DNA from: the human T2T-CHM13v2.0 reference genome, Homo sapiens | Length of the DNA: 64,000 bases | Assembly (NCBI RefSeq): GCF_009914755.1 | Contig: NC_060936.1 | Direction: 5' to 3' (one strand) | Shown: positions 30,035-44,107 of the stretch, piece after piece | How the letters are laid out: each line of letters begins with the position of its first letter | How positions within the stretch are numbered: the first letter of the stretch is position 1 | The notes under the pieces: generated by a model | The model's input: only the letters and a program-made list of their open reading frames with translations | Databases searched by the model: none | Told to the model about the DNA's origin: nothing | Made by a program: the position numbers and the translations under genes

Positions 30035-30765
30035 ATTTTTTACTTTTATAGGTTTATTGGGCACAAGTAAAGTTTGGTTACATGGATATATTACATAGTG
30101 GTAAAGTTTGGGCTTTCAGTGCAAGCATCACCAAAGTAATGCACATTGCATACATTATGTAATTTCTCATCCCTTACCCCCCTCACACCCTCCCACTAGT
30201 CTGAGTCTTCACTCTCTATGTTCGTGTGTACACATTGTTTAGCTCTCACTTATAAGTGAGAATATGCAGTATTTGACATTCTGTTTCTGACTTATCTCAC
30301 TTAAGATAATGACAAGTTCCATCCACATTGCCTCAAAAGACATGATTTCATTATTTTTATGACTTAGTATTCAATTTTGTATATGTGTATGCATAAATAG
30401 TCTGTTGATTGAGTCGATTCCATATTTTTTCTATTGTGAATAGTGCTGCAATAAATATACAAGCATGGATATTTTTTATATGATAATTCATTTTCCTTTG
30501 GGTAGATATCCAGTAGTGAGATTGCTGGATTCAATGAAAAAAAAAAGTCCAACATCACTAGTCATCAGGTACATGCAAATTAAAACCACAATGAGATACC
30601 ATCTCATACCAGCCAGAATGACTATTATTAAAAAGTCAAAAAACAACAGCTATTGGCAAGGATGTGGAGAAAAGGGATTGGTCATACACTGTTGGTGAGA
30701 AGGCAAATTAGTGCAACCTCTTTGGGAAAGAGTATGGAGATTTCTATAAAGAACTTATAGTAGAA
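30035..30765 (-). mobile_element. L1MA2/3-like fragment with 5' inversion (minus to 30536, plus 30534-30765)
   Basis: Antisense 3' end runs to attgctggattcaatg, then sense atgaaaaa...caacatcactagtcatcagg...aaagaacttatagtagaa. Confidence 0.85.
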
Positions 30766-30784
30766 TGATGTACTTTGTACATTG

Positions 30785-30904
30785 TTTTTCAGGACAGGAT
30801 GTCACTCTATTGCCCAGGCTGGAGTGCAATGGCATAATCACAGCTCACTGCAGCCTCCACCTCCAGGCTTAAGCCATCCTTCCACCTCAGTCTCCTGAGT
30901 AGCC
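30785..30904 (-). mobile_element. AluJ/FRAM right-arm fragment
   Basis: ttgcccaggctggagtgcaatggcataatcacagctcactgcagcctc. Confidence 0.8.
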
Positions 30905-33814
30905 TTAGTAAAGAGAGAGGAATACCTTTGGCCAAGGGAGAGTAAAAGACTGCAGTTAGGAAAGTGTGGACTGTGTTTAGATTTTAAAAAGCTTTGAACT
31001 TTGTCTAGAGAATAGGTCATGGATAGATAACAGAAGAAGAGACATGACAAAATGATCAGATTCATGAGGTAGGGAGATTTGTTCTCTTCTTTTCAGTTTT
31101 CATTTTCATGTATGTATTTACTTATATATATATTTTAAAATTTATGGGTGCTATATATATATATCACCCACATATACATATACACATATATATGTATTAT
31201 ATAGGATATATATATGTAATACATAGGATATCAAATTAAGGGGTTTAGATTAGGAATTACAGTGGGTATCTGTTTTTAGTTAGCCTGCATCTTTTATATG
31301 CTTTAATTTTATTCATTATTAGGTTTTTTTTTTTTTGGTAAAACATCCTGAATTATCTTTGAACTATCCCTTGACACTGCAAATCATGTTGATCTTGTCT
31401 CTCAGAAATTTGAACCTTAATCATTGACCCAAGGAGAAAAAAATGGAAGGAGCTGAAGCACCAATTACAATGACATCAACAGATTTCTTTCTCATTTCTA
31501 CAAACTTCTCTACTTCCTGTCCTATACAAGGACTGTTTTTCTTTTCCTTTAAATCTAGGAGTTGCCATGGATCCTGTCAAAAAATTCCTTTTGTTTTCCA
31601 TAATTTGGCCAGAGTCAATTTATGTTGCTTAAAACTAAAGTACTTTATTCAGAAACCAACAGAATTACATTCTATGACATTTTCACATAGGTGTTAGGAG
31701 TCAGAATAAAGCAAGATTCTATTTCTCACATGTAGTTTTCAAAGATGGAATAAAAATTCAAAAGATCTGTCCAGTGGAAAATGTTATTATAGAATAGATG
31801 TTATTTCAAAACATCATTATGTAGAAAATGCTGTGCTATCTTTTGAAGGAAATCTTGTCAATGTACAAAGTAACTGTGCTTGGAAAGGATTCTTGGAAAG
31901 AATAAGTTTCTCATACTTTTGTAGCCAATGTATAAAATCAACAATTTACATTGAGAAATCAAGGATTAGATTATTTCTGGAGAGCATGAAGAACATATTT
32001 TCAATTACTTGAAAATGTGTAGCTCACAAGAAGTGTATTCATAGTGAAGTAATTTTCCTGAAATAGTATAAAAGGTTAAGAGCAAAGTGAAAGTAGGAAG
32101 GACTCAGGATACAAACAATATCAAGCAAAGGACTTATTTTTATGATTTAAAATGTCAACTGACTTATATGTTAGGTATTCACGACACTTCTTGCTAACAT
32201 TAAACAATAACTTTGCTACTAATAATAGCTGAAATGTATTTAGAACTAAGTGCCAAATTCTGTGCTGAACACTGTGTAGATTATCTCACTCAACCTTCAC
32301 TAGACTACTATATGAACAGGCTGTGTAATTCTTAGGACTCTTTAATCACACAAGAACAGCAAACCCGATCTATATTTGCTTCAGCAAATAGGAAATTTAT
32401 GGGCTCACATAAACAAAACTTCCTGGAAGAGGGTTGTCTTAAAGGGCAGTTTAATGCATGGGCTTAAAACATGTAAACAATATTTACAGTTTCAAGTCCC
32501 TACCTTGAATCCCCTTTCTTTCATGAATTGTCAGTACCTAACTCCTCACAATCACAGGATAGCTATTTCAGCCCAGTTGAACACTCAACTAACTCTAGAT
32601 ACAGAGGAAAGATAAATACATGTTTTATCTGTGAACATGGTAAAGTCTTGGCTTGATTCTCCTTGACTGAATTGAATGGTACTCGTTCCTGTAATAATCG
32701 AGATGACATGTGTTAAAGGATTTGCACTATTTATAACAATATAATTGTGTGCATAGTAGTAATAAAGATGATAAACATAATGAGAGCAGTGAACACTTGC
32801 AGTACTTCCATAATTCTAAAAACTTTGAATAGATTAACTTATAACTTTACAATAACTGCAACACATAATATGCTATTACTATCTACATTATATTGATGAG
32901 AAAACGTACACACAGAGAGGTTAATTCACTTGACCTTTTTCAACCATCTGTTAAGTTGCAGAATTTGGGTTCCATCAGAAATTATCTGGCCCTAAAGGGT
33001 ACAAACTAACCATTATAATGTGGTGTCATTCATTCTTTGAGCTGTTAGTGAGACCATTCCCTTGCAAACCACATGTACTGAAAGTACTTGAATGCTATCA
33101 CAGAAAATGCAGAGTGCTTTTCTCCAGAAGATAAAGAAACTGAGGCACAGGAATTAAGTAGCTACTCTGAGGTAATAAACTAGTGAATGGCTAAGGTAGA
33201 ATACTACCTATTTGATGGTAGAACTGGAAGTCCTAACTACTAGAATATATGAATGCATAAAATGACTGTTATTGGATATATTTGAAAACAAACATGGTAG
33301 CCACAATTGCATTTGGAGTCTATTACTTTGATGAATTTTTATTTTTCCCATGAATCATGTTTGCTGATAATCAAAGACCTAGTATAAGGCTCTGAACCTA
33401 AGGAGAAGAGGGAGGGCAAATGCTACATGGAATAATAATTCAAAAAAAACTAGATTTAAATTTCAATGAGAAGTTTTATTTTGGGTTTTGCTTCTTTCTT
33501 AAAAGCATACCGAAAAGAAATCATCTTAAAACTCAGGCTTTGCAAAAAATAGATATGAGAATCTATTTTCTATTAGCTTCCATTCACATATCTGGAACCA
33601 ATCCTGGTTGACTGAATCACAGATAATATCCCATAGTTTTGAAGGTATATCTCTGAAACCATTATTGCTAAGCTACAGAAAGAAGTTTCATACAGTATTG
33701 AGAAACCTAAGCCACAGAGAAATAGAAATTGGCAAGCCCAAGACTGTCTGTACAAAGGCCCCATTATAGACTAATAAAATTGAATCTCTGCGTTCAGAGA
33801 GTCAATGTTAATGT

Positions 33815-33948
33815 TCAAATTTTCTGACCCTAATCCTAACTCTAGGTTCAGTTATAAAAAAATGGAATCTAGGGCCTGGGCATCCCTATTTTTAAACAAA
33901 TACCCAGTGTTTTTAATGTTCAGACAATGTTGAAAAATACTGCTCTAG
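33815..33948. mobile_element. MER5-like hAT-Charlie DNA transposon remnant
   Basis: gggcctgggcatccctatttttaaacaaatacccag...ttgaaaaatactgctctag. Confidence 0.45.
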
Positions 33949-35597
33949 AAAAAAAAGCACTGTATAACCAATTCTCCCATTGTGTAGGCAACAGCATCAC
34001 TGGGTTATTGGGAAGTTGCCAGAAAAATAAGCCTGAAGAAGCTCTTCTGACTCTCCCAACTCTAAACATAGATAACAATGAATTCAGAAATTTCGGTGTG
34101 CTCTAGTAAGGGGACATGTAGGTGCTGAGAGGTTCAAGGGTGATGGTTAAGACCAAGAGACCTTTGTATTTTGGGGTTTTATACATGAGAAATATGACCA
34201 AGACCACAGATGCCAAAAACAGGTGCCAAAAATTCTCTCTGAAAAGTCAGAAAGAACAAGTATCCAGTCACCAATGCAGGCTCAAAAACAAAGGAGCTAC
34301 TCAACAACAACTAGAATATCATAAGTATTTGAGGTTCCCATGATATATCCAAACACCATCTTGGAAAGGACCAGATATCATACAGGTTTGGTATTTGAGC
34401 ATTTACACGGAAGAAAAAAAATTTTTAATGCAAAGAAACATGCTGCTTTAAACTGTTTTTTGTTTTTTTTTTTTTTCCTCTTAACCCACATCAGGATAAA
34501 GAGTGAGGGCAGGTTGTGGGACTTAAGAGAAAAAGTACATAAATTATACAGAATAAAAAGCTTTATTTCCTTTGCATATTTAGGTGATAGTATGCCCATT
34601 TTTGACACACAAATTCTAATTTCACATATCCTATTTTATTCTCCCTACATTTTTTGACCTTTTTCTTCTCTCATTCTAACAGCAATTACTCTGCATCTTT
34701 GCTTCTGGACGGGTTTGTGACTGGAAAGAAGGCATTTGCCTAGAACCATCCCTTTCTCAGCATTAGTTCCAGAAGTGTAAACTCATTGAGGAAATTTTAC
34801 AGAGTGCTCTGAGGAAACTGTAAGCAAAGAAGAAGACCTCTGAAAAGAAGCATCCAGATGGAATTTGCCTAATAGCAAGAGAAGAACCCAACTTCATGGC
34901 TGGGGAAAAGCGCAGTGATTGTGAGCCTGTAAGCAGGAGAGACACAGGCATTGTGGGTCCTCAGCAGCAGAGGGGAGACGGGGCAAAATTCCCAAATGAA
35001 ATCAGTGCATGTGCACCTAACTTTTTCTTTATTAACAATAACATTTGATAACAATTTGTACTTACAGGTGTACAACGTTGACAGAAAAATAGCATAATGC
35101 TTTCAAACCTAATGAAGGCACTACAAACAACTAAGGCAGTATTTTCTTACAGTCAGGTAAAATCAAAAGTCCAGTCAAAAATTAGGTCAATTTAAAGAAA
35201 AATTACGTCAAATTTATTGTACTCCTAAATAAACTATTCATACTTACTACCTAAAAGATAGTTTTGAATTGATAGATTAAATTTACAGACATTCAGTAAT
35301 TAAGATATTCAATAACCAATACTTGTTTAAAATGTTAAATATAGAAGAAAATGTATCCTTGAGCCAAAATTTGAGGCTGAGGGAAAGGTGACACTTGCCT
35401 AGAAAGATGAGCCAATACACCTTAGCCTTTACCCAGGTAAAGAAAGCACTGCTATCATGGATTTTATCAGAAAAGAGAAAATTTCCTGGTATATCCAGCT
35501 AACATATACTCCTAGTATATCCACATAAACACATATTACCCCAAAAATATCAATATCTGGAATTCGAGTCATTGATAGAATGCTAAGGCCCCAGTTA

Positions 35598-35999
<402 letters not shown>

Positions 36000-38609
36000 T
36001 TAATTACCCAAGAAATCTAATTAATAGGTACATTTTGAGACTATTCTATTCCTCAAATAGTGCAGTTTCTTCACGCCTTACAATACCCTATAGCTTATTT
36101 GCTAGAAAATACTATCTCATCTCACATTTTGTCTTTACATTTTTAATCATTTATATCTGACATTCAATTGGATAGTGATTTTTTTATTTGATTAGCAATT
36201 ATTTTAAGATAATTATGCAGGGATTCATTTTTTTAGTTTATTCTTGCTTCGTGCTATTAAAGATGCAACTTTTGTTCACAGGAGGGCATCATTACTCAGA
36301 AAAGAAGTGATTTATGGAGTAATTAAAGCAAACGAAATCTTCAGTAACCAAGTGTAAATTGTAAGTGAATGCTCACTTGGTCTGACCTCTCTACTCTTTC
36401 TAAACATAAAATATTTATTGTTGCCATTAGTATTTTAATAATCCTGGGTTTTAGAAATATTTTTATTTAATTTTCACTTTGTTTATATTTATTTTTTCTA
36501 AGTAAAAGATACTAAAATGAATGAACATTTTTACTAAAACTAGGAATAGTGCCAGATAAAACCTAGATGATTTTAAAACTATGAATAAAATAGAGTTACA
36601 ATTACACACATATACTCTCACGCTCATTTGTTTCCAGTTAAACATTTCTGATTACACATATATGTACCTGGCAATGTTTCCTATGTAATAGTATATTTGT
36701 TTCTATATAGCATATAAGAATTCTCTCATAATTATTAATGTATTCATTAAATTTACTTATTTATTGTTCAAACATTACTCATTAAATTGTGAACAATAAA
36801 TGATTAGAGATTCCCCTGCCACCAGCCACAATCTGTAACTCTTAGTTGTTGACAATTATATTTTATAGATTAAGCTGAATTGAAAAACTGAAACAGTGAT
36901 ATTGGTAAATGTTGCAAAAATTTGAATAACTCTTCCACACATTACTAATAAAAAATGTGAACAAATAAATAAATAGGGCAAGAATTTGGAAAGCAAGTAA
37001 GAGATGCATGAATGTTTGGGTTAATATTTTTATACAAATACAGCCCTCTAAATTCAAACATATATAAAGGAGTACATATACATTTTTACAGATAAGTAAC
37101 TAGAAATTATGACTTTATGGTGCATAATACAATGATGAATTAATATAGTTACATCACCAATGATTTATTTAATATTTAGAGTTATAATAGATTTTATAAA
37201 AATATATTCAGACATCAAAACATTTTTTATTAAAATGCTTATATTGTGGGTGACTGTATGTTCTTTTTAACATTTTATTAAAAATGGATGCTTTAAAATA
37301 TGTTTAATAATCTTGCTCAAATAAACTAGAAATTAGTTTATATATTCATGGATATCATCAGAAATTTTAATAAAACTAACTTTTAGAAATATTTTATTTT
37401 ATTTATGTTTCTTTTCTATGAAAAAGTAAAAGTGATGAGATTAACTCATTTCCACAACAGATTTCATGCTTCAGTTCCAATCTGTTTTCTAAAAATAGGA
37501 AGTCAACTCAATATTAATGTTTAGCATTTAGTTAATATCTAGAATATATTACTATGATACTGATCATTTTTACTCCCCTTAAAATACTGCTGTTAAGAAA
37601 AGAAATCAAGATAGAAAAATGTTCTTAATATAAAGCAGCACAAAGAGGAATAATATTATTATCTGAGAAATTCCTCCTTAAATACATGTTTGGAAGTATT
37701 CTCTGAGGGAACTTTGTACTCTTCTTTCGCTTTCCTAGAGCATAATGTGATTTGTTCAGAAGTTAAAGCAAAATTAATTAACTGAGTACAAACAGAAATC
37801 AATTTTTTTGTTTGATGCAATAAAATATGACTTATTGATATAATAAAATATGACTCAGATTTATAAAGTTTCATTGTTGTGGTTGTAGCTATATTTTAGC
37901 CACACAAAAGCCAATATCATTGTGAAAATCAGCAGTATTCTATAAAAATGGAACCACTGCACCCCATTCTGTTTGAATACTTGTTTCAAAAACATATTTG
38001 ATCTGATAATTACTTTACAATAAATCATAGAAATATATTTAAAATGATATAAGCATAATGTTCAATTTTAAAACTAATTTATTATAATAATTTGCATGTT
38101 TAACAGCATTTAATATATGAATTTGTTTTCAAAATACATAAACCATTTAATTTTTAAGTCTGTGTTTTCCTTTATTACTAAAGACAAAATTATTTTCTAC
38201 TAGAAACTCTGCATTTATTATATTCTAATTACAATCTTATTGTTCTGGTTCTTGTGTAATAATAATGGAGAAATAACAATTTTGTCCCATGTCATAATTA
38301 AGAAAGAGTGGAGAAAAATAACCTGTGTACCATTGATTAGTTCAACTGCTGTAGTTACACTTGTGAAATTTTAAGACAGTAGCTCTCAATGACTTTCCAG
38401 TATTTCTGCCCATATTGCCATTCCCAAATACCTGAGTGATATCTACAATATTAGGCATATTGTAGCAAAATTTCTTTCATCTTTAGCATTTCATTGTCTT
38501 TAACCTCCACAAGTGACATCAGGTTTTAAAATTCAGCTTTGTTCATTTATTTATATGTACTCAAGCTTAAAAACGGCATTGAAGTCAATGTATTTGGAAA
38601 TATAGGACA

Positions 38610-38656
38610 TGAGAGACAGAGAAAGGAGAGAGAGAGAGAAAGAGAGAGAGAGAGAA
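38610..38656. repeat. (GA)n-rich microsatellite
   Basis: Directly visible. Confidence 0.85.
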
Positions 38657-39409
38657 ATATGGAGGGAGAGGTACAGGAAGAAGAAGAGAGATGGATACAT
38701 CTAAGCTGTTTCTGATTATTTTCAATTATTGCTTGATATAAACCTGCTTCTATCCATCTACTTCCCCACAAACCTGTTCCAGGAATTATTTGTCTAGAAA
38801 AATTTGATGCCTACTTGCTCTGAAATTTTTGACTCCAGGATCGCACAGTTGTTCATGTATTAGTAGATTTTGAATCCTACTGCTTTCTGCAGATCTTTTT
38901 ATGAATGCCTGTAAAGTGTGTCAGAATTAGGTTTGAAAGCAAAATCATATGCTGCCATATGGAAAATTAGAAAGAGAGCAACGTAAGACTGGTGATTTTT
39001 AAGAGCATGGAAATACATATTTTCACATGAACTTCAAAAAATTTACACGCTTTCTTAAATATCCTTTGCTGAGCTGAACCTAAGCATAAAAAATACAATA
39101 ATTCTGATATAGAGAAAAGTTTCTAGCACCTGAACTTGACCTAACCTTTAAGAATTTCTGTGACTTGTTTTTTTTTTTTCATGTCTGCTGTCTCACACTT
39201 GATGTGTCACCAGCCACACTATATTACTTCTGCACGTGCCAGGTTGTGTGTTACTACTGTGCTTCAATTATGTTCTTTACTCCTTCCTTTTCCATTTCTT
39301 TACTAATGCTTCTTGAGCACCTATTAAGTGTCAGTCTTTGTGCTAGATGTACAGTGGGAAATAACATACAACATGCCCTTGCAGTGTTTGCCAAAGCAAG
39401 GTTCATATT

Positions 39410-39955
39410 CTAAAGAAGAAAGTCTTGTCATTTTTGACAACATGGATGAACCTGGAGGACATTATGTTAAGTGAAATAAGCCAGAAATGGAAAGACATAT
39501 ACAGCATAACCTCACTCCTTTGTGAAGTCTCATGGAAGTAGAGAGTAGACTGATGACTTCCAGGGGCTGGAAAGACATTGGTCAAAGGATACAAAATTTC
39601 AGTTACATAGAAGGAAGAAATTCAAGAGAGCTATTGTATAACATGGTGACTATAGTTAACAATATATAGCATTCTTGAAAAATGTTAAGAGAATGGGTGT
39701 ACCAGTTGTCAGCACAAAAATGGTAACAATGTGAGGAAACGCATATGTTAATTACCTAGATTTAGTCATTCCACAATATATATATACTTCAAAACATCAT
39801 GGATGTAAGTGTTCTCACCACAAAAATGATAACTATTTGAGGAAATGCATATGTTAATTACTTAGATTTAGTCATTCCAAAATGTAAATATACTTCAAAA
39901 CATCATGTCATACTTAGTACAATACATACAATTGTATCTGTCCATTAAAAATATT
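39410..39955 (+). mobile_element. L1MA (late MA-type) 3' end with an internal ~106-bp tandem duplication
   Basis: gacaacatggatgaacctggaggacattatgttaagtgaaataagccag, with the duplicated cacaaaaatg...caaaacatcatg block. Confidence 0.8.
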
Positions 39956-40249
39956 TGAAATTTTTAAAAAGAACATGATAAGGAAATGAAAAGGTTCTCT
40001 GCCTCCAGGTGGTAGGGATGGATGGCTTATCTTTTTGACTAATACACTGGGTGAATATCTCATCCAGAATGAGTATGATTATTTAATTTCCATCTTCCCA
40101 ATACAAGGAGAATTAAGAGCAGCTGGAGAAAAATTACAGCCATTGAAACTGCTGCTTTCCTTTCTCCATCATTCTTATAAATTCTGCTGTACTTTTATCT
40201 CCTCTGTTCTATAATTTTTATCCCTTTTGTTTATTGCCTTCTCTCCAGA

Positions 40250-41708
40250 AGTCATAAGCAATTTCAAGCGCCTTCCCATTATAAAAAAATAAATAACAAT
40301 AAAAGCCATTGCCATGATCCTACAATCTCTGGAGATATTATTCAATGTTATTCTTCTATTTTTCTTTCAAGTTTTTTTTTTTACTTTTTATTGCTATTTC
40401 TACTTCCTCACATTCAACTGAACTGTCATTTCAATACCACTGGCTTCTATATCCACCACATGACTATATATAAACATATGAAAGTCAATAATTGCCAAAT
40501 GTAACAGATATTTTTTTTCAATTCAACTATTAAAAATACCCCAGAAGGATTAGCCATGTTTTTACTATCTGTTTGTAGACCCATTGCAACCATGGAGACC
40601 ACAGGCAGCTGTTACTTCCTGCTCTATCTGCTTCTCTTTAATTATGTTTTATCTTCATTTCCTTAGCATTATATCCTTTATGTAGCCATCTTCTAATTAT
40701 TTGGGTAATTTAAACAGTTCTCCTGATTTCAGCTAATGAAAATCAATCCTGTAACTTGTCCTGAAATAGCATAAGGCACTTTATTGATAATATGTTCAAG
40801 TCTGAAATCTTTGATATTTGAACCTCTCTTCTTCTGATATTCTTTATTGTAGTTACTGACACTATACCAGCATCTTAGAATAAAGTCTGCCTTTCTTTAA
40901 TCTTACAATTCATTGATTGATTGTTAAATTCATATACATTTCTGTTTATATACTCCTGAGTTGATTTCCTAATCTTTATGTTTATAATCATGTCATTAAC
41001 TTGTGTTCTTTATATCTTAACTGTGTACACCTACTTACATATCTTACCTATAACTATCCATAACCATCTTACCAGTTGCTGTCAAGGTGTATATCACATA
41101 ATATATTTTCCCTACATACAACCCTTTGTTGACTTCCCCTGTGTGTGAGATTAACTGACCAGATCCTTTCCATGACACGTGAAGCCATCACAGGTTGCAC
41201 ACCCATGAAACCAGCCTTGTTCACGTTATGATCAAACAGCATATACTGCTTACATTCACCATAATTTACTCATTTTGTTTAGTATTGTAAAATTTTATTT
41301 ATAATTCACTTTGTAGTTCATCATTTTCTTAGTTTGTTTTGTCTCCTCTGCCAGGAATGTTCTTCCCATCTTCCTCTTTAATGAATCTACTTTCGACTTA
41401 ATGTTCTAGATTAATATCTGGACGAGTGTTACTACCTCAGGAATCATTTCATGTCCCCGCCCTGCACATGCACAACTGTATAAACCTGGATATTCACAAA
41501 CTTCATTATGTGCATCTCTTTTTCTTATTCACTTCTCTATTTTATAACAATCTGATTATAAGAGAGTCTTCTGTAATATACTCCAAATTCCTTTGGGGGC
41601 AGTAATTCCATATTATTTATCAATCTTTGTCTTTGTATACAATTTTGCAGGTGCTCAATACCTACAGCCTTCTAATTCCAAACAATATATGTGAAAAATG
41701 AATGAAGT
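40250..41708 (+). mobile_element. Highly degraded L2 LINE
   Basis: Pyrimidine-rich L2-like motifs (tggcttctatatccaccac, gccaggaatgttcttccc) ending in caggtgctcaata...aatgaatgaa. Confidence 0.5.
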
Positions 41709-43029
41709 ATGCCATTGTAATAATGCTTGAATGCTGGGAGTTTAGAATACCAGCTGTTTATTGTTGTTTAAAACATGGAATAACTGTTATCCACTTCAAT
41801 TGGTTGCCATGAAAAAGTGTGTGTAAGGTCTTGAAGAAATATCAACATGAATAAAATAAAATATATTGTAAAAATCAAGGTAAATATAACATCTTTTATT
41901 ATTCTGTAAGAAGCAAATGATGTAAGAGTTGCCATGTCTTAAAAAATAAGTTTCATTCAAGAGCAAAAGCTACTAAACTGGGGCCACTTTATAGAAGGGA
42001 CCTTTGCTTAAATAATTTAATTTGCCTTCTAGCATCTGGCCACCAGTTAAAAGAACCAGTTACAAATTAGCAAAGTCTGTTATATATTAAGGTGAAATTC
42101 AGCATACAAAAATCAATATGAAGAGAAGGATTTGATTTTCATAAATTTAACCTAATTATTTGAGATAATTATTCCTCCCAACATTTTCTTACCTTCTTTT
42201 GCCCTCATCAGCACAATCACCAAGACTCTTACTCTTTACATATTTTTCCAGTGGTTTCTGCTTGTTATAAACTACATTGACATTTTGAACTCTCAAAATA
42301 TTTCTTAATTAGTTAAGGCATAATTTCTCTGGTTTTCTATTTTCTCTAGGTTTTCATGTTGAAAACTGCTTTGAACATTAATAGAAAAAAATTTTCAGGT
42401 TTAAATAGTGCTTTAAAATCTCAGTTTTAGGAAGAATATTCTCTGACATGCATTATTTCCTATGTGGATACTGCAAAGGTTTTAGTTACAAATACTTTCT
42501 ATCTCACAGCTGTTCTCCTTTAAGCTATCATTATGTCAATTTTCTTTTAAACCATTATTTATGATGCACAAATAGCTTTTATATTTCAAGAAAGGAATTT
42601 GTCAGAAGAGAGAACAATACTAGAAGCTACTTAATAGTAAATCATATCTCATATTTTGTTCTATGTGACTTTTTTTATGGCCTTCAATGTTTGACCCTAA
42701 TGTAGATACGTGATTGTTAATGATTTATTTTCCTTTCCTTTTCTCTTACTATTTTTATTGTGGATTGCGGGTAGTGTTAATCTTTGTAGTTTATGTTGCA
42801 GGTCATCAGACTATTAAGAACCATATCTGTACCTAATGGAGAGGACTATATATTGCCTGTAGATAGTGACATGAGGTAGACACTGTGACCAAATGGATTT
42901 TGTGTCTCTCTTGAATTTGAGAGTGAGAGCATCTTCCTTTGTGTTATATATAATTGTTTTATGTTAGGCAGATGCATTGAGTTGTTTAAATATGAGTCAA
43001 AACATGAAAATGGGTGCTGAGTGACACAA

Positions 43030-43528
43030 ATGTAAAATCTTTGGTTCAGTGCCCATTTGCCCTCAGATGCAGCCATTGACTTTTCCATCCTTCCTACTAT
43101 TTACTTCAGGGCAATTAACGTTGGAAGATGTGTTCCTTAGACTACCATTTCAGCTGACTTATGGCTTGGTTCAACCAGTCACTGATAAAGGAAGAAAGCA
43201 GAGTATTTCTCCTTTTCCTGAGCCTCTGGCAGCATTTCTGACAGTGCTAGTTTACATATATGGCTCCAACTCTCACTAAAGAAACTCCCTCATGAAACCA
43301 GGTTCCACTGAGTGATTCTGGATCCTGATGTCTTTAATCACAAAAGTAAGGCAGCTTCTTTCTTTTGTGCCTCCATCTGGTCATAGCCTCCAGCTGTTGG
43401 TAATCTCTGAATTGATTTGTGACCTGCTTGCCTTCTCCATCACTTTATAATCAATACTTGAATTAAATTCCATCTGTTTTAAGTACCCAGAATGGTTTCT
43501 GTTTTCATATTGAGCTCTGGTAGATATA
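43030..43528 (+). mobile_element. LTR33-like ERVL solo LTR
   Basis: gagtatttctcct, ctgttggtaatctctg, attaaattccatctgttt...agaatggtttctgttttc. Confidence 0.6.
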
Positions 43529-43788
43529 GGAAAAGACAATGAAATACCAGGATCAGTGGATATAGGTCCTGCTCATGCAGATGAATTGTTGGAGTTAGGT
43601 ATCAGAGGGAGTAAACCAGAGGAGAGGAACTGGTCAGACAATAGGATATTTGAAATGGATATTGCATTTACAATTATTAATAATAACTAAGTTTAACCAT
43701 AGAAATTAATGTCCAAGATACTGGGAGGAAAGTGCCATTGTAAGAGAAAACAAATTAGAACTGAGAGGTCAGAGTATTGAAAAGAGCC

Positions 43789-44107
43789 TGACAAAGACTT
43801 TCTCCATGACCAAAATTTTGTCAGGCTTTCTGAGTAATTTTCTCCACTAGGCCCCAACCTCTGGATTTCTTTATCTATATTTGCCTTACCCAATTTTAGG
43901 AAGAAATCCTGCTAAGTCAGTTTTAGCCAGAATCCCCATGTTCTATATCTAATTGTCCACAATATCTGATTAAAATCCTCATCACCTACCATCCTTCAGG
44001 TGATATCTTATCACTCTGGCCTGCCTTCAGCAAAAATCCTCTTAGGTCTGTTTAACTAGAACCTTGACCTCCAGCCTTGATATTTTCTGTTTCTCATTCA
44101 CTGACTT
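43789..44107 (+). mobile_element. MER31-like ERV1 LTR (partial)
   Basis: tgacaaagactttctccatgaccaaa start, with repeated aatcctgctaagtcagttt / aatcctcttaggtctgttt and ctggcctgccttcagcaa. Confidence 0.7.
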
